Of a stretch of 64,000 nucleotides of DNA, positions 38,155 through 51,047 are shown piece after piece (within the stretch, counting starts at the first letter, position 1; each line of letters opens with the position of its first letter). The notes beneath the pieces were generated by a model. It was given only the letters and a program-made list of their open reading frames with translations, did no database searches and had not been told where the DNA came from. The stretch is from Chiloscyllium plagiosum. Its lineage: Eukaryota. The stretch spans positions 12,319,508 through 12,383,507 of the forward strand of contig NC_057751.1 in NCBI RefSeq assembly GCF_004010195.1, read 5' to 3'. The translations under genes and the position numbers were made by a program.

Positions 38155-40450
38155 TTGAATCCCACCAGAGGATCGCTGCCCTGGGCTTGACCATGTATGC
38201 TAAAACAGCCAGGATTCATCAGCCGCACCCATAAGGTAGAGAAAACCATCACCCGATCACAACACAATGGTTTTGAGAGAATGGATGGCAATCACAACAT
38301 TGTCATCAAGCCAGCAGATAAGGGAGGAGCCATTGTCATTCAGAATAGAACTGACTGTTGCAAGGAAGTGTACATACAACTGAACAACCAGGAAAATTAC
38401 AGGCAACTACTGGCTGATCCAATCAAACAGCACACCCATGAACTAAATAGATTGATCAGAACTTTGGATCCAGTCCTTCAGAGTTCCCTACGTGCCCATA
38501 TCCCATGTATTTCTCATGTAGGCAACTTCTGCTGCATTCCAAAGATACAAAAAGTGAATACACCAGGACATCATATCGTATCAGGCAATGTGACCCTGTG
38601 TGAGAACCTCTTTTCCTATGTTGAAGGCATCTTGAAACCCATTGTACAGGGGGCCCCCAGGTTCTAGCGCGACACTCCAGATTTCTTACAGAAACTCAGC
38701 ACCCATGGACCAGTCGAACTAGGAACATTCCTCACTGCAATGGACTTTTCAGCACTCTACACCATCCCCCACAATGACGGCATGATGGCAACAGCTTCAT
38801 TACTCAACACCAGCAACTGCCAATCTCTGAGCAATGTCCTACAACTCATCCGCTTTTTTCCTTGACCACAGTCTTTTCACCTTTGACAACCAGTTCTTCA
38901 TCCAGATACACTGAACAGCCATGGAGACCAAATTTCCACCCCAATATGCCAACAGTTAATGCACAAATTCAAACAAGACTTCCTCTGTACGCTGGACCTC
39001 CAACCCACACTATACGCCAGGTACATTAACGACATTTTCTTCCTCTGGACCCATGGCAAGGAGTCACTGAAATAGCTACACAGTGATATCACTGAATTTC
39101 ATCCCACCATCAAACTCACCATGGGCTACTCTTTTAATATCTGTCTCATTCTTGGACACAAGTGTCTCCACCAAGGATGGGTATCTCAGCCCCACATGGT
39201 ACCATAAACCCATGGATGACCTCATGATGCTACACTTGCCCAGCTTCCACCCGAAACATATTAAAACAGTCATCCCCTGTGGACAAGCCGTACACACACA
39301 CAGGATCTGATCAGATGAGGAGGAATGTGACAGACACTTGGAAGTCCTCAAGGATGCCCTCATACGAAGAGGGTACAATGCTCAACTCATCGACCGCCAG
39401 TTCCGATGTGCCACAGCAAGAAACTATAATGACCTCCTCAGGAGATAGACACGAGCTGCAACTGACAGGGTACCCTTCATTGTCCAGTACTTCCTGGGAG
39501 CAAAAAAGCTACACCATATTCTTAATAGCCTCAACACATTATCAATGAGGATGAGCACTTGCCAAGTCATTCCCCACACTTCCACCTCTCACCTTTTAAG
39601 CAACCACTAAACCTGAAGCAAATCATTGTTCACAGCAAACTGCCCGGCTTTCAGGACAATACCATACAACCCTGGCACGGCAGACCCTGCAAGATATGTC
39701 AGGGTGTTGACACGGATAACATCATTATATGTGGGGATACCACCCAACATGTATGCAGCAGGTACTCATGTGACTCTGCCAATGTTGCCTATCTCATACG
39801 CTGCAGACAAGGATGGTACATTGGTGAGACCGAACAGAGGCTACGGCAACGGATGAAGGGGCACCGCACAACAATCAACAGGCAGGAGTGCTCCCTCCCA
39901 GTTGTCATCTGCTCAGACATACACATACAAACAGTCATACACCACCCCCCCCCACCCCCCGCAATTGCAACACACACAGTTTGTGGGGTGAGTTTGTACT
40001 TCAGAATTATTTTACTTTGCTCAAAAACTGCATGAATCCATCCAAGATTCTGTAAATCCCTTTAATCCCTTTTTTAAAAATAGAATCCATCTGAACACTG
40101 GGACATAGGCAGCCGAACACTGGCACCTCACACCTTCAGTGCATTATCTGTGACAATATGGCACCTATTGTTAAAGTTCACTTGAGAATGTAACTTTTAA
40201 AAAAGGTTCTGGGATTGGCGTATGAAAGAAGTGAAACCAACATGGTCATTCTAAAAGATGAGAGACTTAAATTACGTATTGAAAAAGACCTGGATTGGTT
40301 AAGTTGCATCACATTGGAAACTTTTGCTATAAATTCTGGGTCTTACGATCTTATACTCCGCAACTACCTGATGAAGGAGCAGCGCTCTGAAAGCTAGTGC
40401 TTCCATATAAACATGTTGGACTATAACCTGGTGTTGTGACTTTTAACATA
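38155..40450 (+). mobile_element. Penelope-like retroelement (Neptune-like), near full RT plus partial GIY-YIG, pseudogenised
   Basis: IVIKPADKGGAIVI, CIPKIQK..PGHHIVSG, MDFSALY, TAMETKF, YARYINDIFFLW, FLDT, YHKPMD, HPKHIK, PWHGRPCKIC (degenerate Cys linker), NVAYLIRC..WYIGETEQRLRQRM; multiple stops and frameshifts; pLTR with hammerhead at the 3' end. Confidence 0.93.
40365..40399 (+). ncRNA. Minimal type-I hammerhead ribozyme motif, intact core
   Basis: tac-CTGATGA-a-ggagc-agc-gctct-GAAA-gc-TA-gtg; palindromic AGCT stem III. Confidence 0.75.
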
Positions 40451-40577
40451 CGCAATCTAATAGCAGCATGAACTGTCAGAGGTGAATTAATTTGGAAGAT
40501 AGTCAGTTGGAATGAGAAGTATGTGGCGCAGTTATTAACATCTCTGCCTTTGAGCCACACGTTGAGAGCCACACCAG

Positions 40578-40878
40578 GATTGGATTAGATTCCCGACAAT
40601 GTGGAAACAGTCCCTTTGGCCCATCCAGTCCACACTGACCCTCCAAAGAGTAACACACTCAGACCCATTTCCCTCTGACTAATGCACCTAACACTATGGG
40701 CAATTTAGCATAGCCAATTCACCTGAAATGCACATCTTTGGATTGTGAGAGGAAACTGGAGCACCTGGAGGAAAACTACACCGACACGGAGAGAATGTGC
40801 AAACTCCACACAGGCGGTTGCCTGAGGCTGGAATCGAACCTGGGTCTCTGGTGCTGTGAGGCAGCAGTGCTAATCACG
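40578..40878 (-). mobile_element. HE1-type SINE (older copy)
   Basis: Aligns to 4050-4345 with more substitutions. Confidence 0.88.
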
Positions 40879-41489
40879 TGCATAAAGGTGTAATCATTCC
40901 ACACGCAAACCGATTGATATTGATCTGCAAATCCTTCCAAGGCATCCCAGTGAACAGAGAGTAAGAGGAAGAAAGATTCCTGGTCAGCCATGTGATTGAA
41001 AGAAAATTGGACCCTTCATACAATTCTTCATCTGGACTACAGTTTGCATGTACAAGTGGATGTTGCCAGAACAACTCTGGATCCCTTTTATATCTGTCAC
41101 ACCTCACTTGGAATGACGGTACCTGTGGACCCCTTCTGCCCAGATAGCCCTTCTTTTTGTGTTACTTTATGTGCACATATGCAAATCTTTTGAACATTTG
41201 CTCCTTCATTTCATTGCATAAACTTTCAGCTGACTGCATCCACCATAGTTCCTTTCATGGCCTTAAAAACAGCTCTGTAGTTATTACTAGTAAACAGTAG
41301 ATGGCCTCAACGAATGCTGTAAGATGCTGTAATTTGTTATGTGCACTTGCTATTAATTTAAGCTGCTGAATCCATAACAGAGCATAGAGGGTAGGTATGA
41401 AGCTGATAAAACCAAGAACATCACTCTTGCTACAAAGCATTCAAAACTGAAGGTGACTATCCGACCCCACCCAAATTTTGTTTGATATT

Positions 41490-41805
41490 TAGTTCATGTA
41501 ATGAGGGTGCTCCTGGCAAGACACTTTTGTTACTCCTCCGCAGTTGTCTTTGAACTGGGGACAGTTTGCTGTGGATCAGGAGTCACATGTTGGCTACACT
41601 GAGTAAGGGTGGCAGGTTTTCTCTCCCAGAGAGAAATGGTGAACCAGATGGGGTTTCACAACAATTAATTCCCAGTCATCGTAAATCAGACTAGCTTTTA
41701 AATTTTAATATTTATTTATTAATTGAATTAAAATTTCACCAGCTACCTCAGTTGGATTGGAACCCATTTCCCCAGAGCATTAGCTGCCACTGCATTCTGG
41801 ACTCT
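41490..41805 (-). mobile_element. tRNA-derived SINE (family of 59938-60230 head plus LINE tail)
   Basis: ggagtcacatgttggctacactgagtaagggtggcaggttt...gtgaaccagatggggttt is the reverse complement of 60085-60165, joined to a short LINE-type tail. Confidence 0.65.
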
Positions 41806-41869
41806 GAGGTCTCTGCTTTTCCGATCCTGACCTCCAGCACGTCCTACTTTTCTTCATGTCACCATTGAC

Positions 41870-42270
41870 CTTCCAGATGTTCTGTGTTTCTCCAGCGCTT
41901 TCTGTTTATGTGTTTGTTTTAGATCTCCAGCATCTGCGGTTCTTTGTTTCATTTACATGACCATTATCGTGATTTGTTCTGAAGACCCACTGTTGATCTT
42001 CAGTCATGGGGATTGTCTTTCACCTCTAAGGTTTTCACATCACTGTCCTCTATCGTGAAGCTGCTTAAAACCAGTGATTTTGACCAAAACTGTTGGCTAT
42101 CTATCGCAATATTACTTTGTGTGTCTCCATGTTCAATTTTGTCAGACTGTGTTTCTATTAAGTGTGAACTGAAAAAAAGAGCTGTGGATACTGGAAATCT
42201 GTAGCAAAAACTGGAAATTGCAAGAGCAACACAGCAGGTCTGGCAACATCTGTGGAGCAAATACAGTTCT
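41870..42270. mobile_element. Two short PLE pLTR tail remnants (41870-41955 +, 42170-42270 -)
   Basis: tttctccagcgctttctg...agatctccagcatctgcggttctttg and gatactggaaatctg...cagcaggtctggcaacatctgtggag. Confidence 0.55.
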
Positions 42271-43044
42271 TGAGTACTTTGCTGAGTTAAAGGTGCTGTG
42301 TCAATGTAACTTGTGTGGTGCTCAGCTTTACAAAACACTTATTGAGGATTAGCGGGAACAATGAAAAACCTTCTCTTAAAGAGTCAAACATGTATTGGAA
42401 TGCTTCAAAATCTGCTGTGATCTGCATGATTTTTAAATTCTTCCGAGGCAGATATTTCATCTTTGTTGTCTTTGAGAGATTGTACCATACAACTTAGCAA
42501 ATCTAATGGGTTGCAAGAGCTCTTCAACTGTACACCTCACCATTTTCCTGTTGATGCTTAAGATAAGAAATAAAATATGCAGGGTCTTAGTGAGATGTGT
42601 ATATCCCATACTAAGTCCTGTGTGATGCAAGTCTCCATTTTCCTGCATGTCACCAGAGATATTTTCTTGGACCACCTATTGAAATGGCTACCTTTGTAGC
42701 ACACTGCTTGCAACCAGAATGAAGATAATTGAGCAACCATCCTGTTAATCACCCCGAGAGGTGACTGGAAGTGATGATACATAGGTTGTTTTGATTTTGT
42801 TTGTATCTTCTACTTTGTCCATTTTACAGCAGATGTAATCCCACTCTTCATGCGAGATTTTTGTGGTTTTGGTTATGGTCTCTGTCTGCTCTGCATCATC
42901 AAAATCTTTCTTGATTGATTCTGTTCACTGTCAGATAATCTGACTGCTATAATTTCCATCCAAAATCCTGCTTCATCTCATTTATGTGTTACAGAAATAT
43001 TAAACCTCTTGTATTGAAAGCAATAGTTAAAAGTAGCGTTTTTT

Positions 43045-43265
43045 TTCTTTTATCTACTCGTGGGATGTACGTGTCACTGGATAGACCAGTATATATTACC
43101 CATTCTTAGTTGTCCCTGAGAAAGTGATGGTGAGCTGCCTTCTTGAACCGTTGCTGTCTATTTGTTGTAGGTGGACCCACAATTCTGTTAAGTAGGGAAC
43201 TGCAGGATTTTGACCTAATAAAGTTAAGTAATGGCGATATGCTTCCAAGTCAGGATAGTGAGTTG
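43045..43265 (-). mobile_element. 3' fragment of the second CR1-group LINE
   Basis: gagaaagtgatggtgagctgccttcttgaaccg...caggattttgacc...ttccaagtcaggat. Confidence 0.75.
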
Positions 43266-43354
43266 CCTTTAGACGAAAGCTAAATTAAACTTGAACTCTG
43301 ATATCACATCCTGTGTTTCACACTCCCTGAGATTAATGGAGAAATTTAAGAGCA

Positions 43355-43821
43355 ATGAGGTCATGCATTTTGGTAGGAAGAATAGAAGTAAGGACTATTT
43401 TCTAAATGGGGTGAAAATTCATAAACCTGAAGTGCGAAGGGAGCTCTTGTCCAGGATTCTCTCAAAGTAAACTTGCAGGATGAGTCTGGAGTTAGGAAGG
43501 AAAATGCAATGATGGCATTTATTTTGAGAGGACTTGAATATAAAAGAAAGGATGTACTTCTGAGGCTCAATAAGGCTCTGGTCTTACCACATTTGGAGTA
43601 TTGTGGCAGTTTTGGGCCCCTTATCTCAGGAAGGATGTACTGGCCCTGGAGCATGCTCAGAGGAGGTTCACGAGAATGGTCCCAGGAATGAAAAGATTAA
43701 CATATGAGGAATGTTTGAGGTCTCTGGGTTTATATTCTATCGAGTTTCGAGCGATGAGGGGGTATCGAATTGAAACTTACAGAACACTGAATGACCTGGA
43801 CAGAGTGGATGTTGGGAAGAT
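43355..43821 (+). mobile_element. CR1 LINE ORF2 post-RT segment
   Basis: EVMHFGRKN, RGLEYKRKDVLLRLNKALVLPHLEYC, QFWAPYLRKDVLALEHAQRRFTRMVPGM. Confidence 0.9.
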
Positions 43822-44270
43822 ACCACTTCTTTGCCCACTTTCCTAACCTGTCCAAATCCTTCTGCAGCCACCCTGTCACCTCAGTGCTTCCTGTCCCTCT
43901 ACCTGGCTTTATGTGGTCTGCAAACATAGCCAGAATGCCCTCCATTCCTTCATCTGGATTGGTAATGTATAAAGTGAAAAGTTGTGGTTCCAATACTGAG
44001 ACTTGCGGAACACCACTTGTCACCGTCTGCCATCCTGCCTTCTATCCATGCTAGCACCTTGCCACTCACACCATGGGCCCTTATCTTACTCAGTAGCCTC
44101 CTGTGCAGCATCTTATCAAAGGCCTTCTTGAAGTCCAGGCAGACAACATCCACTGGCTCTCTTTGGTTTAATCTACTCATTACTTCCTCAAACAATTCTG
44201 ACAGATTTGTCAGGCATGACCTCTCCTTGATGAAACCATTCTGACTTTGCCCTATTTTACACTTCCATAT
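43822..44270 (-). mobile_element. CR1 LINE RT core segment (inverted relative to adjacent segment)
   Basis: DVVCLDFKKAFDKMLHRRLL, SGVPQVSVLEPQLFTLYI, FADHIK, LQKDLDRLGKWAKKW. Confidence 0.9.
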
Positions 44271-46851
44271 TCATCAACTTTGATATTTGAAGAGTACCAT
44301 GCGCCGAAAACAATGGGATGTTATAGGTCTTCCCTACTTTCCCGTAGCAGTGTACATCATTGAAATAAATGTTTCCTAGAAATTTTGAACTTAATTTGTT
44401 TGATGGTGCACCATTTTATGAACTGTTCATCCTCTCCAGTGTTCACTTTTACAAGGGTATGATTTTTGGGCCATGATATCCCTTTATTACCTTGCCAAAG
44501 CAGCCATCCCACTTGAGAGGCAGCATCAAGTCTCATCCCGAAGCTGCATTTTCTTCTGAGGCAAACTCACAAAAGGGCAGCTGATCGTGAGATTTCCTCT
44601 GTTATGTTCCTTGGCGCCATGTTGTAAGAACGTCGAAGAACAATTTACTTACAAATACACAAGCTAATAAAATGTTGTTTTAGGCAGAATTAGTGAGCTG
44701 GTGCATTACAGTTTTGTGATACATGTGTTTTAGATTAATCTATTTTCCAAAAAAAAAATGCATTTCCCCCACGGCAGGCAGACTTGAAACAAGCAGTAGA
44801 AATGTGATTGTTCGAAAAATGCTAATCTGCAGCGAGTGCAATATTTATGAACTTCTCAAAACCAAAACACTGTTCATTCTTCTGCGATCCTGAGATATAT
44901 TTGGGCTCAGTGCCACAATCCTGGTTGGTAAATTTTTATTCCATTTGGAATCACGTCTCATCTTGTAATATACCATCTACCAAATTTTAAGTGTGTTTCT
45001 TTTCCAAAAAAAACATGCATATATGTGCAGTTTCCAAACCTTTGCAGACAATAAAAAGCAATGACCTTTCTCAGTCGAAAAGAAAAGCACTTTGTAAATT
45101 ATAGTGTACTTCAAAAGGGTGCTGTGAAATTTCCAACACATAAGTACCTCATTCTAAGACTGTATTCAAAAATCCTGTTTGCTTACTTGTAAAAGACCTT
45201 GGCAGTGCCATAGTAACTAAAATCCTGTTTATTGTCCAATCTCTGTCTGTTCTCAGAGAAGTCATACCAGGCAGTTAACTTGCCCCAAAATTGCACAAAC
45301 CTAAAATTCTGATTATAAATTTTCTTTCTGTTGTTTGGCAAAAAAAAAGAATGAACAAGCTCCAGTTTTGCACTTGGAAACAAGAAGGTAATCTTGGGGT
45401 ATGTTGCATATTTGCCAAGGTTTAAGGATGCAGAATGTTTTGTGGGAATGACTCATTTCACTTTAAATCAATCTTTTTCAGTACCTGTTCCAATATCATG
45501 CATTTTACCTTCAGGCTTGGCTAATTGTTTTTCCATTATGTCATCTTCTAATTGCAATTCTGGGTGATTAATTTCTTCACTTTGCTTTTTTTTTGAATAC
45601 ATCAAAGTAATTGGGTTGAATCCCTCTCTTAATAAATCTCCATGTGTGTTCACCTCACCTTGTCCAGACATCAAAAAGGATAGACGGCTTTTTTTTTTGC
45701 ATCTGTTGGATGATAATACATGGCTGTTTATAGTTGGGAAGCAATTTGTCTTGTTCATCCTGACATGAAGGAAACCACTTCAATATTTAATTGAATTTCC
45801 AAATCATTATCATTCTGGGCATGCCATGAACGCAGGTCAATGAGAATACCACAGCATCTCAGGGATTCTTATGATGGGCAATAATTGTTGCCATTTTCTG
45901 TCACCTCCAACCTGACAGTCTCAATTCAGTAAGGTGCTATGTGACCATTGAACATTTTCCAGAAACGTTGAAGGGGTTAAATTTGGCTGATTGGCACTTA
46001 TGTTTAACATGGCTAATGTAGACTCTGAGCTATGTCTGTGCAATCCCCCAACTTACTGTCACCAGTGTGTGAAATCTAAGTGTGGTGGGTATGAGCGGTG
46101 CAATTGTGCTAAGTGTGTAAAGTGAGGTGCTCAGTACTGAATTGTTGAAATCTTTCATTGATGAATGTAAATTGAGTAGTGTATAAGGCTCTTAGTGCAG
46201 TTATTAGGATATTCAGTTTGAGGATTTGACTCACCTTGAGCACTCATGTTCGACCAAGAAACGACCTTCTGCACTGCACTAGGGGTCTTATGCATTAACT
46301 GTCTCCTCCCACCACTTAATGAGGCAATACCTTAGAACTTTCTGTACCCCTGTCACCCCATGTGTCTACCTCATCCACCATGGCCTGTGGGAGAGCTTTG
46401 GTGGATGCTGTCCTGCACATTGAGTCAAATTGTTAAAATGTTTCCAAATCCTTTCTTGCCAATACTTCCAGCAGTTGTGATGCACCTTACATTTAAGAAT
46501 TGCCAATTGGTCTTAAGTTGCACCATACGTTATGTGGCTTCCCGCTGATCTGTGCAACAATCAACCGTGTAGCCAGCAATCATTAAGATCAGCAGGCAGC
46601 ACAAATTTACTGGAGCATCAGCACAATGATTGTGCATAATTTAAGTCCAAAGCATGATATACCGGAGATTGGCTGGCAGACAAGGGCTGCAGAGTAAGCA
46701 TAACTGGGTCCTTTTCATTATGGCAAGATGTAACGAGTGACATGCCGCAAAGATCGGTGGGACCTCAACTGTTTACAGTTTAAATAAATTGAGCTGAAAA
46801 ATGTGTTGCTGGAAAAGTGCAGCAGGTCAGGCAGCATCCAAGGAGCAGGAG

Positions 46852-46887
46852 AATCGACGTTTCGGGCATAAGCCCTTCTTCAGGAAT
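46852..46887 (-). ncRNA. Minimal type-I hammerhead ribozyme motif, intact core
   Basis: Minus strand attc-CTGAAGA-a-gggc-ttat-gccc-GAAA-cg-TC-gatt; palindromic ACGT stem III. Confidence 0.8.
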
Positions 46888-47021
46888 GAGGAAGGTGTGC
46901 CAAGCAGGCTAAGATAAAAGGTAGGGAGGAGGAACTTGGGGGAGGGACGTTGGGAATGTGATAGGTGGAAGGAGGTTAAGGTAAGGATGATAGGCCGGAG
47001 AGGGAGTGGGGGCGGAGAGGT

Positions 47022-47472
47022 NNNNNNNNNNNNNNNNNNNNNNNNNNNNNNNNNNNNNNNNNNNNNNNNNNNNNNNNNNNNNNNNNNNNNNNNNNNNNNN
47101 NNNNNNNNNNNNNNNNNNNNNNNNNNNNNNNNNNNNNNNNNNNNNNNNNNNNNNNNNNNNNNNNNNNNNNNNNNNNNNNNNNNNNNNNNNNNNNNNNNNN
47201 NNNNNNNNNNNNNNNNNNNNNNNNNNNNNNNNNNNNNNNNNNNNNNNNNNNNNNNNNNNNNNNNNNNNNNNNNNNNNNNNNNNNNNNNNNNNNNNNNNNN
47301 NNNNNNNNNNNNNNNNNNNNNNNNNNNNNNNNNNNNNNNNNNNNNNNNNNNNNNNNNNNNNNNNNNNNNNNNNNNNNNNNNNNNNNNNNNNNNNNNNNNN
47401 NNNNNNNNNNNNNNNNNNNNNNNNNNNNNNNNNNNNNNNNNNNNNNNNNNNNNNNNNNNNNNNNNNNNNNNN
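47022..47472. other. Assembly gap (451 N)
   Basis: Run of n between inverted PLE arms. Confidence 1.
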
Positions 47473-50400
47473 CCCCCACCCCCTCTCCGGCCTATCACCC
47501 TCACCTTAACCTCCTTCCACCTATCGCATTCTCAACGCCCCTCCCCCAAGTTCCTCCTCCCTACCTTTTATCTTAGCCTGCTTGGCACACCTTCCTCATT
47601 CCTGAAGAAGGGCTTATGCCCAAAATGTCGATTTCCCCTGCTCCTTGGATGCTGCCTGACGTGCTGCGCTTTTCCAGCAACACATGTTTCAGCTCTGATC
47701 TCCAGCATCTGCAGTCCTCACTTTCTCCTAGTTAAAAAAATTGCTTGGATGAAGGAACTGTTGCTAAATTTGCCAATGACTCAAGGATAAGTAGATCCAT
47801 AAGTTGTGAAGACGATATATAGGAACACTGCAGTGGGATATAAAGAAGTTTAAGTGAGTCAGCAAAGATCTAGCAAATGGAGTATGATATGAGAAAATGT
47901 GAAATTGTTCATTTTTGGTGTATCATTGAAATGAGATCCCGGAGCTCTGAAATGCAGAGATGGGGATGTCATAGTGAATGAATTGAGGAAGGTTGCTTTG
48001 CAGATACATCAAATAATTGGGAAAACTCACAAAATGATATGAATACAAAAGTAAGGAGGTTGTGCTTCAGTTATGCAGGGCACCGGGAAGGCCACATCTG
48101 GAATCCTTTGCACAGTAGTGGTTACCTTACTTAAGGAAGGATGTAAATATGTTAAAAGCAGTTCAGCGAATGTTTATTATCTGGAATGGGCTGCTTATTT
48201 ACGAAGTGACTTGATTGACGCACACAAAGCAGGGGTTTTGACAGAGTCCATGTGAAGAGGATGTTTGCTGTTTTGGGAGAATCTATAACTAGGGTGGGAA
48301 TCCTGGCCCTTGCTGGAGAAAAATGGGACTGCTCCTATCGGCCTTTCAAAATATTCATGTTCTGCCAACTGAGTAAGTACCATTCCACTTTATTTCATTG
48401 CAACTGTCCCGTTAACCCTGCTGTCAGTCTTATTTATTGCATGCTGCTTGCGAGCAATGGCTGTGATGACTTCTCACTTTTTTTTCTTGCAGGTACCACT
48501 ACCATATCCAGCACCAGTACACTGATATGGCTGGCCACATCTTTGACCTCTGAGAACAAGAGTACTGAGATCTCAGAGGAACTTTGGCAGGTCGCCTTCC
48601 TTCATTCCGCGACCCCCCCCCCCCCCGCAACCTCACAACTTAACAGTCCAGATACTGACACCCCGATGGGATTGTTCATATTAGAAATTGTGGGAGCATC
48701 ATCCAGTGAGCTCATCATTGTAACAGTTCTGTGGTTGGCTGAGGAAGAAACACACCAGGCCACTGACTAATCAGGGAAAAAAAAGCTGAATATTAGTTAG
48801 GGGAGTTCAGTCATTAACAAAAGGTTTAGCGAGCAGTAATCCCTTTGATAGGCAACTGGCTACTGCCTAGGAAGAAACTTGCCTTATAGTCCAGAGTTTA
48901 GTCAAAAGGTGCAGTACGTTGCCCCTGATGTCGAGGTATACCATGTCAACTTCTTGTCCAATTCTGCAGCAAATCTTGCCCACATCACTCAGACTCTTAT
49001 GAGTTTTTAAAACTCTCTTCCTGAAGAAATAGTGGAATATTGGAGTATTTTAAACATGGGTTTCGATAGAATCTTGGTGAATGATTAGATGCATTAGTTA
49101 GGAATGTGAATTTGAGGTTATAATCATATCAGCCATAATCTTATTTAGCAGCTGAGCAGACTTGAGGGGCTGAATGACCTCCTCCTACTCCTTATTCATG
49201 GGATTGTCCAACAGTTTTGAGGAGTTATCCAACTTGATCACCAGAATTGCTGTGTTATTGATGTGGTGTTATTCAAATTATTTGTTAAAATTAAATTGAG
49301 CTGCCTGGAGTATTCTGTGGTACAGAGAAATTCAATAGCAACTAGGTAACAGGTTTGCAAAACAAAGCACATCTTTTCAATATTATTGTAATGTCAGATG
49401 TTCAGCAGAAGAGCTACCTCAGTGAAAAGTTTGAACAATACATATCAACGTCAAATCTCGAAGGTAAATGGTAATGATGCAAACTGCATCTTGCTAATTA
49501 AATATTTGGTAGATATTTTATATTTCTGGAACTTTCTAGCATGGCATTTATAAGTTTAAGGGACTTCGACTTTCTCTATATGTGGAATGCAGTCATCATG
49601 AAGTCTGAACATTGACCCATCCATCAGCAGCTACAACAGCCTGGGTTCTGCCTGTATTGCATAATTCACCACAGCATTCCATTGTAAACTCATCTGTTTC
49701 TTTTCACTTCACAGTCATTTCTCACAAATAAAAAAAAAAATTCTTCTCATTATGGATCACTGGTCATCGACTGTTGTTTCCCTGGAAGCGGATTTTAAAA
49801 AAAAAAAACCATGAATAAAGTAACAACATACTTCGTCCATTGCCCTACTGACTTCACAGATTAAATTATCTCCCAAATATCATTGCTTGATCAACTAGTG
49901 AGGATAAATTTTGCTATTTCATTTTATAGTAATTGAGTGTAACTGTTCTCTCTTCACATTTGCAACTTTCTGAATTGAATTCCTGCACTATATAGATCAG
50001 GTCTGATCCCTGGAAGGGATGTGTGTGTTCATCATAATACCTTTGTTGTGTTCATCTCTCAAGCTCTGTTCTGCTGCAGCTTGAATTTAGCACAAGTGCT
50101 TTGACATAAACGCCATTTTACTGGATACCCAGTTCCTTTATCACACAGACTATGTATGGTATTTAATTATAACAAATCTTAAATTTTAAGATGTGTGCAT
50201 TCCAAACAGTTTTCAATCATGTGAAAATGTTACACTGTTTAATAGTAAAGATGTTGTTGATTTTCAATTCCATGCAAAGGAACAAGCTTAAAGCTGATTG
50301 TTTATTATTAAATTGAATATTCCTGCATCTTGCAGAACTGACACAGCAGGAGCAATATGATGGCATGCACAATGCTGCACCACTGAGGATTTAGTTAACA

Positions 50401-50760
50401 GCAGATGAACTATCAAACATGCTCATGTATTTGAATTAGAGACTTGATCTAACGGAACTTGAATATTGTTGAAAAAGACACACTTTGCAAAGCCTTTTAT
50501 CATGCAGTCATTGGGACAATTTGTAAGAAGACCAATAGGAAAGGAAAAACGTTTTTTTTCCTCTTAGGAGTATAATGTGATTGGCTGGTAAGTGGAGTAA
50601 GATTGATAGACATATTGCCTTGGAGAATGCTCCAGTTATATGATGCCTGACAGTTAAGTACCAAGATCCTGATCATGCATTCCACTGAGAAATAAACCAG
50701 AGAATGGTTGTTTTGTTCAGTTGAACAAGGTACAATATATGCATATTTTTCTTCTGTCAG

Positions 50761-50810
50761 CCAAGAACAGGGTCTTGTGTATTAATGTATGTTGCTTCCT
50801 GTGTACACAG
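50761..50810 (+). CDS. Candidate coding exon C (50 nt)
   Basis: Acceptor atttttcttctgtcAG and consensus donor CAG|GTGAGT. Phase-0 frame PRTGSCVLMYVASCVH(R) joins exon D in frame. Confidence 0.6.
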
Positions 50811-50973
50811 GTGAGTTACACTATGAGGCTGACTGACAATCTTAAATTGATTGTCAGTGCAATTTCTGGAGCAGTCAGACGATTTCTCAAATGTTGTTCA
50901 CTCACAGAATCACATCTAATGTTGGACATTGTTTAGAGTTTTGTGAGCACAGGCTGTTTGGATAAGATCAGTA

Positions 50974-51047
50974 AGGTAAGATCGACGCTCCTGCTCCTTG
51001 AATGCTGCCTGACTGCTGTGCTTTTCCAGTGCCTCGCTTTTCGATTC
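50974..51047 (+). mobile_element. 74-bp PLE pLTR tail insertion with TSD
   Basis: tcgacgctcctgctccttgaatgctgcctgactgctgtgcttttccagtgcc; flanked by tggataagatcagta (50959-50973) / tggataggatcagta (51048-51062). Confidence 0.8.

Larger units (their letters stand above)
46791..47729 (+). mobile_element. Young Penelope-like element with inverted pLTRs; centre is an assembly gap
   Basis: 46791-47021 is the near-perfect reverse complement of 47473-47695; full tail to ...cactttctcct; approximate TSD agtttaaataaattg / agttaaaaaaattg. Confidence 0.9.
46660..49200 (+). mobile_element. Degraded CR1 LINE split by PLE insertion and other sequence (pieces 46660-46790, 47740-48295, 48995-49200)
   Basis: RT-like gacatgccgcaaagatcggtgggacctcaactgtttaca continues after the PLE as cttggatgaagg...gctaaatttgccaatgac; CR1 tail gcagacttgaggggctgaatgacctcctcctactcct. 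Confidence 0.7.

Noticed and set aside
46827..47790. Long ORFs of 167-284 aa in the ORF track
   Set aside because: Artefacts of reading through the 451-N gap.
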